Program-made: the position numbers and the translations under genes | Notes under the pieces: model-generated | Told to the model about the DNA's origin: nothing | What the model saw: the letters and a program-made list of their open reading frames with translations, nothing else | Database searches by the model: none | DNA from: an uncultured Collinsella sp. | Lineage (GTDB): Bacteria; Actinomycetota; Coriobacteriia; Coriobacteriales; Coriobacteriaceae | NCBI GenBank assembly: GCA_902489965.1 | Contig: CABUCA010000001.1 | Span: forward strand, 3,823 to 67,822 | Length of the DNA: 64,000 bases | Direction: 5' to 3' | Part shown: positions 16,675 through 25,930 of the stretch, piece by piece | How the letters are laid out: the number at the start of each line of letters is the position of its first letter | Position numbering within the stretch: position 1 is the first letter of the stretch

Positions 16675-19332
16675 TTAGGCGCCGAGCGCGGTCTTAGCGG
16701 CCGCGAGGGCATCGGCGATGCCGGCAGCATTCTTGCCACCGGCCTGGGCCATGTTGGGACGACCGCCACCGCGACCGTCGACCAGACCCGCGATCTGCTT
16801 GATCACGTTACCGGCGTGGAAACCGGCCTTGACGGCGTCATCGGAGCCGGCAGCGAGCAGGGCCGGAGTGCCCTTCTCAGTCACGCTGGCGACGACACAA
16901 GCGACAGGGCCGGCGACCTTCTGATGCACGGTATCCCATACGTTGCGCAGGTCGGCAGCCTCAAGGCCCTGGAGCTCAGCGACAACGAGCTTATAGCCGT
17001 CGAGCTCGACGGCGCCCTCGATGGCGCTGGAGATGGCGTCGGAGGAGCCACCGGTCAGAGCCTTCTTGAGCTTATTGGACGTCTCGCGCAGCTCGGCCTG
17101 CAGGTTCTCCACGCGGGCGGGAACCTCGTCGACGCGGCACTTGAGCGCAGCGGCGGCGGCGTCAACGAGCGCCAGGCGGTCGGCCATGTAGTCGAGGGCA
17201 CCCTTAGAGGTCACGGCCTCGATACGGCGGACATTGGAGCCCGTGGAGGACTCGGAAATGATCTTGAACAGGCCAATCTCGGCGGTATTGGCGGCATGAG
17301 TGCCACCACAGAGCTCGCGGGAGAACGGCTGGTCCTCGGCGCCCACGGAGACGACGCGGACAACATCGCCGTACTTCTCTCCAAACAGAGCGACAGCGCC
17401 GGCAGCCTTAGCCTCGTCGATGCCCATGACACGGGTCACAACCGGCTTGGAAGCGAAGATCTGCTGGTTGACCAGGTCCTCGACAGCCTTGAGCTGCTCG
17501 GAGGACAGGGCCTCGAAGTGCGTGAAGTCAAAGCGCAGGTGCTCGGGCGTCACCAGCGAACCGGCCTGGGAGACATGCTCGCCCAGGACCTGCTTAAGGG
17601 CGGCGTCGAGCAGGTGGGTGGCGGTGTGGTTGCGGCGCAGGAAACCACGGCGCTCGGCGTCGAGCGCGGCGGTCACGGTAGCACCGACGGTCAGCGTGCC
17701 CTCGGCAACGTGGGCGACGTGAGCATACAGGCCGTTGTGGTTCTTGGTATCGGAAACGGTCAGCGAAACGCCCTCGGCGGAAAGCTCGCCGGCGTCACCC
17801 TGCTGGCCGCCCATCTCGGCGTAGAACGGGGTGCGGTCGAGCACGACCTCGACGTTCTCGCCGGCGGCAGCGGACTCGACGGACTCGCCGTTGCGAACGA
17901 TGGCGACAACCTTGGCACCCTCGATCGCATCGTTGTCATAGCCGTCGAATTCGGTCGCGGCGACCTTGTCGGAAAGCTCGACCCACACGTCGTTGAAGCT
18001 GCCCCAGGCATCGCCCTTGACGTTGGCACGAGCGCGGGCCTTCTGGTCCTCCATGCAGGCGGTGAAGCCGTCCATGTCGACGTCGTGGCCAGCAGCGCCG
18101 GCGATCTCGACAGTCAGGTCAATGGGGAAACCAAAGGTGTCGTGCAGCTTAAAGGCAACGTCGCCCGGAAGGACGGCGCCGTCGGCGAGCGCGGCCAGGG
18201 CCTCGTCCAGGTAAACACGGCCGTTGTCGAGCGTCGTGGAGAAGCGCTCCTCCTCGGAGGCGACAATACCCTTAACGAGCGCGACGTTCTTGAGCAGCTC
18301 GGGATAGGCCTCGCCCATCTGAGCGTTAACCTCGTCGATGAACTTGGTCAGGAAGGCGCCCTCGATGCCCAGCAGGCGGCCGTGGAACACGGCGCGGCGG
18401 AGCAGGCGGCGCAGGACGTACTCGCGGCCCTCGTTACCGGGCAGGATGCCGTCCGAGATCATAAAGTCGACGGCACGGGAGTGGTCGGCGATGATGCGCA
18501 GGGAGCGGCTGGCGCCGGAGTAATCGTCGGCGTCATAGGTCTTGCCGCTGATCTCCTCACCGAGCTTGATGAGGTGCTGCATCAGATCGCCGTCGTAGTT
18601 AGCGGTCTTGTGCTGCATGATGGCGGCCATGCGCTCAAGGCCCATGCCCGTATCGAGGTTACGGTGCGGCAGCTCCGGCATGGAGCCGTCCTCCTGGCGG
18701 TCGTACTGGGTAAAGACGAGGTTCCAGAACTCCAGGAAGCGGTCGCAGTCGCAGCCAGGCTTGCAGTCGGGGCTGCCGCAGCCGACCTCCTCGCCCATGT
18801 CAAAGTAAATCTCGGAGCACGGACCGCAGGGGCCAGTGGGGCCAGCGGCCCAGAAGTTGTCGTCCTCGCCCAGGCGGGAGATGTGGTCCTCAGCAACACC
18901 CAAAGAACGCCACACGTCGTGGGTCTCGTCGTCCTCGGTAAAGACGGTAAAGTATAGGCGGTCGAGCGGCAGCTTGAACTCCTTGGTGATGAGCTCAAAG
19001 GCCCAGGCGCAGGCCTGCTGCTTGGAGACGCCGCCAAAGGAGAAGTCGCCGAGCATCTCGAAGAAGGACAGGTGACGGCCATCCTCGCCGATGCAATCGA
19101 TGTCGTTGGTGCGGACGCACTTCTGGCAGGAGATAGCGCCGATCTCCTTCATGGTCTTCTTGCCCTGGTAGTACTCCTTAAACTGGTTCATGCCAGCGTT
19201 GGCAAGCAACAGCGAAGGATCGTCGGGGACGAGGGACGAAGAAGGATAGAGCTTAAGACCGCGCTCCTCAAAGAAGTTGAGGAACTTGGAGCGGATCTCG
19301 GCCGTAGTCATTGACGGGTAGTCAGCACACAT
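16675..19332 (-). CDS. alaS: Alanine--tRNA ligase
   Basis: Full-length AlaRS (class II core, HxxxH/CxxxH editing domain, C-terminal DHHA1). Start placed at the ATG at 19332, preceded by GAGGAG. Confidence 0.95.
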   Translation of the reverse strand: MCADYPSMTTAEIRSKFLNFFEERGLKLYPSSSLVPDDPSLLLANAGMNQFKEYYQGKKTMKEIGAISCQKCVRTNDIDCIGEDGRHLSFFEMLGDFSFGGVSKQQACAWAFELITKEFKLPLDRLYFTVFTEDDETHDVWRSLGVAEDHISRLGEDDNFWAAGPTGPCGPCSEIYFDMGEEVGCGSPDCKPGCDCDRFLEFWNLVFTQYDRQEDGSMPELPHRNLDTGMGLERMAAIMQHKTANYDGDLMQHLIKLGEEISGKTYDADDYSGASRSLRIIADHSRAVDFMISDGILPGNEGREYVLRRLLRRAVFHGRLLGIEGAFLTKFIDEVNAQMGEAYPELLKNVALVKGIVASEEERFSTTLDNGRVYLDEALAALADGAVLPGDVAFKLHDTFGFPIDLTVEIAGAAGHDVDMDGFTACMEDQKARARANVKGDAWGSFNDVWVELSDKVAATEFDGYDNDAIEGAKVVAIVRNGESVESAAAGENVEVVLDRTPFYAEMGGQQGDAGELSAEGVSLTVSDTKNHNGLYAHVAHVAEGTLTVGATVTAALDAERRGFLRRNHTATHLLDAALKQVLGEHVSQAGSLVTPEHLRFDFTHFEALSSEQLKAVEDLVNQQIFASKPVVTRVMGIDEAKAAGAVALFGEKYGDVVRVVSVGAEDQPFSRELCGGTHAANTAEIGLFKIISESSTGSNVRRIEAVTSKGALDYMADRLALVDAAAAALKCRVDEVPARVENLQAELRETSNKLKKALTGGSSDAISSAIEGAVELDGYKLVVAELQGLEAADLRNVWDTVHQKVAGPVACVVASVTEKGTPALLAAGSDDAVKAGFHAGNVIKQIAGLVDGRGGGRPNMAQAGGKNAAGIADALAAAKTALGA

Positions 19333-19378
19333 AGAGGGAATCTCCTCGGTTTCACATCGAAACAGTTCAAACGTAACG

Positions 19379-19406
19379 ATATTACCATCCCACCGCGCAA
19401 GTGCAA
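19379..19406 (-). promoter_or_regulatory. Putative sigma-70 promoter of alaS
   Basis: Minus strand reads TTGCAC - 16 nt - TAATAT, about 45 nt upstream of the alaS start. Confidence 0.4.
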
Positions 19407-19435
19407 AAAAGAGGGCCGGCACAATGCCGGCCCTT
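19405..19435 (-). terminator. Rho-independent terminator after the AI-2E permease gene
   Basis: On the minus strand the stem agggccggc/gccggccct is followed by CTTTTTTG. Confidence 0.75.
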
Positions 19436-19484
19436 CAGCGAAATTGCATGTTAGCGCGTATGAATATTAATCCGAATTACCCCG

Positions 19485-20891
19485 CTAGTTGTCATCATCG
19501 TCCATGGAGCCGTCGATGCCGGTTTTGGTGTCGTCCGTGTTGGAATCGTCATCCTTGGCAAAGGGGTTCTTGAAGAAGCCCGTGGAATCGGGTTGCAAAC
19601 CCGAGAGCTTGATCCAGGGATTATCGAACTCGGGCTTAGGCATCGCCTGGGCCTCGGGCGCAGTCTCGTTACCGATGAGCTCGGACTCATAGATGAAGGT
19701 GTCGTCACCGAGCGCGTCGTAAGCGGCGACCGGGTTGCCATCGGCATCGCGGTACGGCGTGCCCTTAAACACGGCGCCGTCATAGGCCACAAGCTGACGG
19801 CCGGTCTCATTCTCGAAGTAGTACACGAAGATGCCCTTGAGGGCCGCACAAAGCGGGATGGCAATAATCATGCCGATGGGGCCCATGAGTGCCGAGCCAA
19901 TAACGAGCGCCGTGAGGCTCATGATGGGATGCACCTGCACCGAGCTCTGCATGACCTTAGGAGAAATCACGTTGTCGGTGACGTTTTGCGCGACCATCGT
20001 CACGATGAGCGTCCATAACGCCAACATGGGGCTGAACATGAAACCGAGCACCGTGGCGATTGCTGCGCTCACCCAAGGACCGACGACCGGAACCAAATGC
20101 ATGATGCCGGTAAAGATAGCCATGAGCGCCGCATACGGATGACCGATGATCATAAAACCGATAAAGGCGAGGAAACCACCGCAGATGGACGTCACGACCA
20201 TACCGCGCATGTAGCCGCCGACAGAGCGAGAAAGGATGGCGACCATAAAGCGGTACGAGGTCTCCTTCTCCTGACCGATGATGGTGCAAATCTCGTGATG
20301 CATGCGAGGGTAGTCGCAGGCCATCCAGTAGGCAAGCACCAGACCAAGGAAGATCACGAACAACTGCGAAGCCGTATTGGTGATGAGCGGGAACACACCG
20401 CGGCCAAGCTCGGCAGCGATCTGAGACACATACTTCGATGCCACGGCAACCAGCGACGAAAGATTATCGTCCAAATACTCCTTGAGCGGCGTGTTGTTGA
20501 GCGTCTTGGCATGCGAGATCATCTCGTTGAGATCGCCACCCGCAACACGAAGCTGCTCGGGCAGGCGGCTCAGGACTTCCATGATCTGACCAAAGAGAAT
20601 CGGCGACAAGATGCAAACGACACCGACGAGCACGGCAACAACAACAATTAGCGCAATAAGCGAACCGATGCAGCGATTCACGCCATGGTGCTCGAGCCAG
20701 TTGGTGATCGGGGACATCACAAAAGCAATGATGGAGCCAACGGCAAGAAACTCAATAACCGGTGCCAGGATGCCCATAAGGTTAAAGATGACAGCAGCAA
20801 TAACAATGCAGCCGACAACAGCCCAAATGCGCAGCGTCAGAACGCGGGTGTCGCGCAGCACGCGATCGGTTTGTTGGGGGTGCTCACTCAT
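19485..20891 (-). CDS. AI-2E (PerM/UPF0118) family transporter with acidic C-terminal tail
   Basis: Polytopic membrane protein with the typical AI-2E TM pattern. ATGA overlap with the upstream sigma factor gene. Confidence 0.85.
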   Translation of the reverse strand: MSEHPQQTDRVLRDTRVLTLRIWAVVGCIVIAAVIFNLMGILAPVIEFLAVGSIIAFVMSPITNWLEHHGVNRCIGSLIALIVVVAVLVGVVCILSPILFGQIMEVLSRLPEQLRVAGGDLNEMISHAKTLNNTPLKEYLDDNLSSLVAVASKYVSQIAAELGRGVFPLITNTASQLFVIFLGLVLAYWMACDYPRMHHEICTIIGQEKETSYRFMVAILSRSVGGYMRGMVVTSICGGFLAFIGFMIIGHPYAALMAIFTGIMHLVPVVGPWVSAAIATVLGFMFSPMLALWTLIVTMVAQNVTDNVISPKVMQSSVQVHPIMSLTALVIGSALMGPIGMIIAIPLCAALKGIFVYYFENETGRQLVAYDGAVFKGTPYRDADGNPVAAYDALGDDTFIYESELIGNETAPEAQAMPKPEFDNPWIKLSGLQPDSTGFFKNPFAKDDDSNTDDTKTGIDGSMDDDDN

Positions 20892-21679
20892 GAACGAATC
20901 ATCACTCCGTCGGGGTCGATCTTGTCCTGAATCTTCTTAAGCGTGCGGCGCAGCAGACGCGAAACCTGCACCTGAGAAATACCCAGCTTCTTGGCGATCT
21001 CGATCTGGGTCATGCCCTTCACAAAGCGCAGCTCGATCACCTCGCGCTCGCGCGGCGAGAAATCACGGATGGCTTCCTCGATCACTAGGCGGTCATCAGT
21101 AAAGTCGAGCTCGTTGTCGTCGTCGGCGTAACGGTCGAGAATCGAAGGGGCATCGTCGGAATCGGACGCACCAGGAGCCTCGATGGGCACCGAGGTATAG
21201 GCCGAAGACGATTCCATAGCCTCGAGGACCTCATCGACAGTCACATCTAGATACTCAGCGATCTCCTCAACCTTGGGCGAACGCTGCAGCTCGTTGGTAA
21301 GTTTGTCAGTAGCCTGGTTGACCTTGGCCGAGAGCTCCTGCAGACGACGGGGTACGCGCACACTCCAGCCCTTGTCGCGAAAATGGCGTTTGATCTCGCC
21401 CAGGATAGTGGGTGTCGCAAACGTCGTGAACTCGAGTCCGCGCTCGGGATCAAAACGGTCGATAGCCTTGAGCAAGCCCAGATAGCCGACCTGCATGAGG
21501 TCGTCGAGCGGCTCGCCGCGATTCTTAAATTTGTTGGCAAGAAACCTTACCAGGTTCATATGGGACATGACGAGCTGCTCACGGGCGTCCGGATCACCGG
21601 TCTCCTTGTAACGACGAAACAGCTCGCGGGTTTTCTCCTTGTCCCAAGCGGTCTTGCCGCTCCGGGAACGTTCGGTCAT
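20888..21679 (-). CDS. SigB/SigF-type (group 3) RNA polymerase sigma factor
   Basis: Regions 2, 3 and 4 are recognisable (DLMQVGYLGLLKAIDRFDPERG, TPTILGEIKRHFRD, MTQIEIAKKLGISQVQVSRLL). Confidence 0.9.
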   Translation of the reverse strand: MTERSRSGKTAWDKEKTRELFRRYKETGDPDAREQLVMSHMNLVRFLANKFKNRGEPLDDLMQVGYLGLLKAIDRFDPERGLEFTTFATPTILGEIKRHFRDKGWSVRVPRRLQELSAKVNQATDKLTNELQRSPKVEEIAEYLDVTVDEVLEAMESSSAYTSVPIEAPGASDSDDAPSILDRYADDDNELDFTDDRLVIEEAIRDFSPREREVIELRFVKGMTQIEIAKKLGISQVQVSRLLRRTLKKIQDKIDPDGVMIRS

Positions 21680-21680
21680 A

Positions 21681-22058
21681 TTAGATATCCGCCTTGAGGT
21701 CGAGGGAAAGCGTCAGGGGCGCCGTAGTCTTTTCGTAGGAGTCGCACACGCTCGCGAGGATGAGCTCGGCATACACCGCAGCCTGGTCGTCTTCATCGAC
21801 CGTAGCCTGGTCGCCAAAGGTAATAGTCATGCCAACGTGGGTCTCATCGACATCGAATTTGATGGTGATGTCATCGCAGTCGACCGCGGTGCAACCAAAG
21901 ATGAAAGCCTCCTCAGCAGCCATGCGGATGTCCTCGATGCGATCGACAGACATAGAGCACAGGGCACCAACGTTGGCTGCCGTCATGCGCACAAGGCGAG
22001 CGAGACGCGGGTCACCGGCAACGGTCAGCGTGATAGGGCAGTTTGCTTCGCTACTCAT
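21681..22058 (-). CDS. Putative RsbW/UsfX-like anti-sigma factor with degenerate ATPase motifs
   Basis: 126 aa, immediately upstream of the sigma gene. The N-terminal pattern ITLTVAGDPRLARLVRMTAANVG...DIRMAAEEAFIF resembles HATPase_c anti-sigma factors. The N-box Asn and the DxGxG box are not visible. GAGGAG RBS. Confidence 0.55.
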   Translation of the reverse strand: MSSEANCPITLTVAGDPRLARLVRMTAANVGALCSMSVDRIEDIRMAAEEAFIFGCTAVDCDDITIKFDVDETHVGMTITFGDQATVDEDDQAAVYAELILASVCDSYEKTTAPLTLSLDLKADI

Positions 22059-22638
22059 CGCAGGACTCCTCAGAGGTCTCGGCGGGCGTATAGGTGTAAT
22101 ACTGAGCCGGCTTGGATACAGACTTCTGACCATCATCGTCGCCCGCGGCGGCCTCGTCCTCGCCAATTAGGACGCGCTCGGTAGGCTGCTCGGCCTCCGC
22201 AGCGGCAGCGGCGAGCTTGCGATCGGCGTCGGCTGCAGGAGCCTTCACCTTATTGAAGAGCTTCTGCACAGCACCGGCGGCAGAGTCGGTCACGCTCGAC
22301 ACAGCATTGCTGGCCTCGGCCATGCTGCCCGTAACCTCGGAAATGTCGCGAACCACGGCTTCGACCTCTACGAGATTGGAGGTAAGGGCATCAACTGCCG
22401 TCTTGCTCGACTTAAGCAGCGGCTCCATCTGGGCAAGCGCCGGCGTAAGCTCATCGACAGCGCCATCGAGCTTTGCCACCACAGGCTGAGCCTCGGCGAT
22501 GGTGTTGTTGAGGTCGTTCACGGTCTTATCGAGCGAGTCGACAACATTGCGGGTCTTGCGCAGGGTAAGCGCGAGCTCAGCGATGGCCCACACGCCGGCA
22601 ACGGCGAGCAGCAGCAGGGCGATTTGAATGGGACTCAT
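22051..22638 (-). CDS. DUF948-like membrane-anchored coiled-coil protein
   Basis: N-terminal TM helix (IQIALLLLAVAGVWAI) followed by repetitive Ala/Val/Asp helical segments, as in DUF948/YtxH-type stress proteins. GGAGG RBS. 8-nt overlap with the next gene. Confidence 0.6.
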   Translation of the reverse strand: MSPIQIALLLLAVAGVWAIAELALTLRKTRNVVDSLDKTVNDLNNTIAEAQPVVAKLDGAVDELTPALAQMEPLLKSSKTAVDALTSNLVEVEAVVRDISEVTGSMAEASNAVSSVTDSAAGAVQKLFNKVKAPAADADRKLAAAAAEAEQPTERVLIGEDEAAAGDDDGQKSVSKPAQYYTYTPAETSEESCDE

Positions 22639-22738
22639 ACAAGCCTCCCGGAAGAATCGAAATACAGACGCTTTTCATGGTACCCCAAAGGGGACCGAAC
22701 ATGCCAAGAGCAGCAACGTGGGACAAAATTATCAGCAG

Positions 22739-24094
22739 CTACCTCGGTGCATTCCCGCTGCGGTCTCGTTCGCTTTGCTCTACGCGCCACTCTTCCCAGC
22801 CGCGCCCGGCAGGCTGCCAAAATGCACCGCGTTCCAAGCCTTCGGGCAAATAGCGCTGATCGACCCAGCCTTCGGGATAATCATGTGGATACTTATACAC
22901 ACCGTATTCATCGCTGCCCGGGCGATGGCGATCGCGCAGATAACTCGGCACCTCGCGAAGCCCACTAGAATGGATATCGGCCAGCGCCGCATCGATCGAA
23001 GCCTCACACGCGTTGGATTTTGGCGCCAAGCACACATAGAGTGCAGCCTGAGCCAGGTTAATGCGGCACTCGGGATAGCCAATGACCTCGGCAGACTTAA
23101 ACGCGGCATGCGCCACCAAAAGCGCCTGCGGGTCGGCGTTGCCAACATCCTCAGAAGCGTGAATCATAATGCGGCGAGCGATAAACTTAGGATCCTCCCC
23201 AGCATCGATCATGCGCGCGAGCCAATAGATCGTGGCATCGGGGTCACTACCGCGCATGGACTTGATGAACGCACTGATGATGTCGTAGTGCATGTCGCCG
23301 TTTTTGTCATACGTAAAGCCGCGACGCGGGTTGGCAATCTTCACGTCATCCACGGTGATGGGATAGCGCTCCCCCGCCGCAGGCGCTGGCGTTCCCTCGG
23401 TATCGGGACGCGTGACGGCAATCTCGCTCGCAAGCTCGAGCGTCGTGAGCGCCGAGCGAGCGTCACCCGCTGCCAGCGTGCAAATGGTCTTGACCGTATC
23501 CTCATCGGCCGAGAACTTTCCGTTCAAGCCCTGTGGTGCCTCGAGCGCACGCTCAATAAGCGTGGCGATATCCTCATCCTTCAGATGTTCAAGCTCCACC
23601 ACGCGCCCGCGCGACAACAGTGCCGAGTTGACCTCAAAGTACGGGTTCTCTGTCGTAGCGCCAATCATAATGACGGTACGGTTCTCAACTGCATGCAGCA
23701 GGGCATCCTGCTGCGACTTAGAGAAGCGGTGAATCTCATCGATGAATAGAATGGTGCGGCGGTCGTACGTATTCAGGCGCGTCTTGGCCTCATCAATCAC
23801 ACGACGCAGGTCCTTCACGGTACCCGTGACGGCGCTGACCTCGACAAACTCGCTCTTGGTATGGTTGGCGATAATGTGGGCCAGCGTCGTCTTGCCCGTA
23901 CCGGCAGGCCCGTACAGAATCACGCTCGAAAGCACGTCGTGCTCGATCGCGGCACGCAGCCATGAACCCTTACCGACGGCCTTTTGCTGGCCCACGTACT
24001 CGTCGAGCGAATTGGGGCGCATGCGCACCGCAAGCGGCGCATTCTGAAAGGAACGCTCGCGCGTCGAAGCAGAAAAAAGGTCGTCCATAGCCAT
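22739..24094 (-). CDS. rarA: Replication-associated recombination protein A (AAA+ ATPase RarA/MgsA)
   Basis: Walker A GPAGTGKTT, Walker B FIDEIHRF, MgsA C-terminal domain. Confidence 0.92.
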   Translation of the reverse strand: MAMDDLFSASTRERSFQNAPLAVRMRPNSLDEYVGQQKAVGKGSWLRAAIEHDVLSSVILYGPAGTGKTTLAHIIANHTKSEFVEVSAVTGTVKDLRRVIDEAKTRLNTYDRRTILFIDEIHRFSKSQQDALLHAVENRTVIMIGATTENPYFEVNSALLSRGRVVELEHLKDEDIATLIERALEAPQGLNGKFSADEDTVKTICTLAAGDARSALTTLELASEIAVTRPDTEGTPAPAAGERYPITVDDVKIANPRRGFTYDKNGDMHYDIISAFIKSMRGSDPDATIYWLARMIDAGEDPKFIARRIMIHASEDVGNADPQALLVAHAAFKSAEVIGYPECRINLAQAALYVCLAPKSNACEASIDAALADIHSSGLREVPSYLRDRHRPGSDEYGVYKYPHDYPEGWVDQRYLPEGLERGAFWQPAGRGWEEWRVEQSERDRSGNAPR

Positions 24095-24148
24095 CCCGTG
24101 TATCAATCAAAAACGTTTTCCACTAACAGTATACCGAATTAATACGAA

Positions 24149-25396
24149 CTACCGTTCGTTAATATAGGTACGGTGCGGAAACTCCAGACCAGGGAACAGC
24201 TTGCTCGTCAGCTCGCAGAAATAACCGTCCGTCATGCTCGCGATATAATCCACCACGGCTTGATCCTTGTCGTCCTGCCAGGCATAGGTGCGATCATAGT
24301 AGGAAAGCTGCTGCTCAATGCGCGAAATATGGTGCTTAAAGATGTAAGAGGACTCGTCGCCACTGTTTAGATCCCGCAGGCAACGGTCGTAGAGCTTTAC
24401 GAACGCCTCGCGCAGCTCCGCCTCGGAATCGCCTTCGATACCGCCCTTGCTATAGATCTTCTCGTAGTTCTCGCGCTTGGCTCGGCGAATTTCCTCAAAC
24501 AGGCCCTCGCTCATCTCGATGCGCGGCTTACCATAGCTGTGCTCAACGATATCGATAGAGGCATGCGTGAGGATCCAACTGTTGTAGGCACCGCCCCGGC
24601 CATCATCAAAAGCGTCGGGCGAAAGCAGGCCCGCCGCGATCGCATCCTGACGGTCACGACCGACGTAGGCAAGAATATCCGAGATGCGAACGACGCAGCC
24701 CTCGAGCGTCATGGGACGCAGATGCTCAATTGCGCTATAGCCCGTGGCAATGCAATCCTCAACCGTCTGGTCAAACTGGTCAAAGGAGCCCATGTCCGAG
24801 AGCTCAAACACACGCTGCTCGTACTCGCCGTTATGGCATAGCACGCCGTCGAGCGTCTGGAGCGACACGTTGCGGCCATACAACGCGTCGAGCACGCGGA
24901 CCGACTGCACGTTATGGAAAAAATAACGCCCCGTACGCTCGTGATAGATATCGTTGAGGAAGCGCTCGCCGGAATGGCCGAAAGGCGTGTGTCCCAAGTC
25001 GTGGCCCAGGCCAATCGCCTCGATCAGATCGCAATTGAGCCCCAGGGCGCGACCGATATCGCGCGCAATGCGCGAGACAAGCTGCACGTGCAAACCGCGG
25101 CGTGACAGATCGTCATTGCTACGAAAGCTAAAGACCTGCGTTTTGCCCGCATACCGGGTGTAAGCCGGAAGATGAAGTATCTTTTCGGTATCGCGCATAA
25201 ACGCCGGACGCATAAGCGTGCCTTTGTCGGTAGTGCGATCAATACGACGAATGACCTGATCATCGTTGCAACGATACGGGTTGACATAGCCCGAAGCACG
25301 ATCGGCGGCAATGCGCTCGACAAGCTCGGGCGACAACGCTGAGGGAATACGGTCCATGCGCGCCTTAATGACGGCCGTTTCTTGATTAGATTCCAT
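24149..25396 (-). CDS. dGTP triphosphohydrolase-like HD-domain protein
   Basis: HD motif region GLGHDLGHTPFGHSGE and the dGTPase-family layout. Start at the ATG at 25396, preceded by AAGGAG. Confidence 0.85.
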   Translation of the reverse strand: MESNQETAVIKARMDRIPSALSPELVERIAADRASGYVNPYRCNDDQVIRRIDRTTDKGTLMRPAFMRDTEKILHLPAYTRYAGKTQVFSFRSNDDLSRRGLHVQLVSRIARDIGRALGLNCDLIEAIGLGHDLGHTPFGHSGERFLNDIYHERTGRYFFHNVQSVRVLDALYGRNVSLQTLDGVLCHNGEYEQRVFELSDMGSFDQFDQTVEDCIATGYSAIEHLRPMTLEGCVVRISDILAYVGRDRQDAIAAGLLSPDAFDDGRGGAYNSWILTHASIDIVEHSYGKPRIEMSEGLFEEIRRAKRENYEKIYSKGGIEGDSEAELREAFVKLYDRCLRDLNSGDESSYIFKHHISRIEQQLSYYDRTYAWQDDKDQAVVDYIASMTDGYFCELTSKLFPGLEFPHRTYINER

Positions 25397-25427
25397 GGCA
25401 TGCTCCTTAAGAAGGACGCGCAATCGG

Positions 25428-25850
25428 TTACAAAGTGCAGCCCACGACCTCGATTATGGCAAAAATCGGCACTAAAAACGGGAGCAATGGCAGGGAGCGC
25501 GATTTTGTGAAGAGGCAGGAAAGGGCCAGAGCCAGGAGTGCGACGGCAAATGCCACGATGCCACCCATAGGATCGAGCGTGCAAAGCGCGAAGAGCGCCT
25601 TGACATCTCCCATGCCAATGCCCGAGGTTTGGCGAAGACGACGCCAGAGGGACTCAGTCAGCACGAGAGCAAGATACACGATGACGGCAAGACCTGCGTG
25701 GTCAAGCGTTGTGTTAACACCCTTGTCGAGCCAAACGCCCGCAAAAGCCGCCACGGCACATGCGCCGGCAAGCTCATTGGGAAACCGTCGCTCTCGGGCA
25801 TCAATGACCGCGCCGGCAAAGATGCAAATCCAAAACGGGATATAGAACAT
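25428..25850 (-). CDS. Small A24-family prepilin peptidase (CpaA/TadV-like)
   Basis: 140 aa polytopic protein with both catalytic Asp contexts (AVIDARERRFPNEL and GMGDVKAL). GGGAG RBS. The ORF-track N-terminal extension is rejected. Confidence 0.7.
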   Translation of the reverse strand: MFYIPFWICIFAGAVIDARERRFPNELAGACAVAAFAGVWLDKGVNTTLDHAGLAVIVYLALVLTESLWRRLRQTSGIGMGDVKALFALCTLDPMGGIVAFAVALLALALSCLFTKSRSLPLLPFLVPIFAIIEVVGCTL

Positions 25851-25873
25851 CGAAACTCCCTCAACTGAGCGAT

Positions 25874-25920
25874 CAAATACAAAAACCACCACAAAGGTGC
25901 CTGTCCCCTTTGTGGTGGTT
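25874..25920 (-). terminator. Rho-independent terminator after the GT2 gene
   Basis: On the minus strand the stem aaccaccacaaagg/cctttgtggtggtt is followed by TTTTTGTATTT. Confidence 0.8.
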
Positions 25921-25930
25921 TTGGTGGTGG

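Noticed and set aside
24149-25396. dGTPase-like HD protein as an anti-phage dNTP-depletion defence gene.
   Set aside because: It sits in a conserved housekeeping context with no other defence-type neighbours, mobile element marks or compositional anomaly. This is most parsimoniously the housekeeping Dgt-like paralog common in Gram-positive bacteria.
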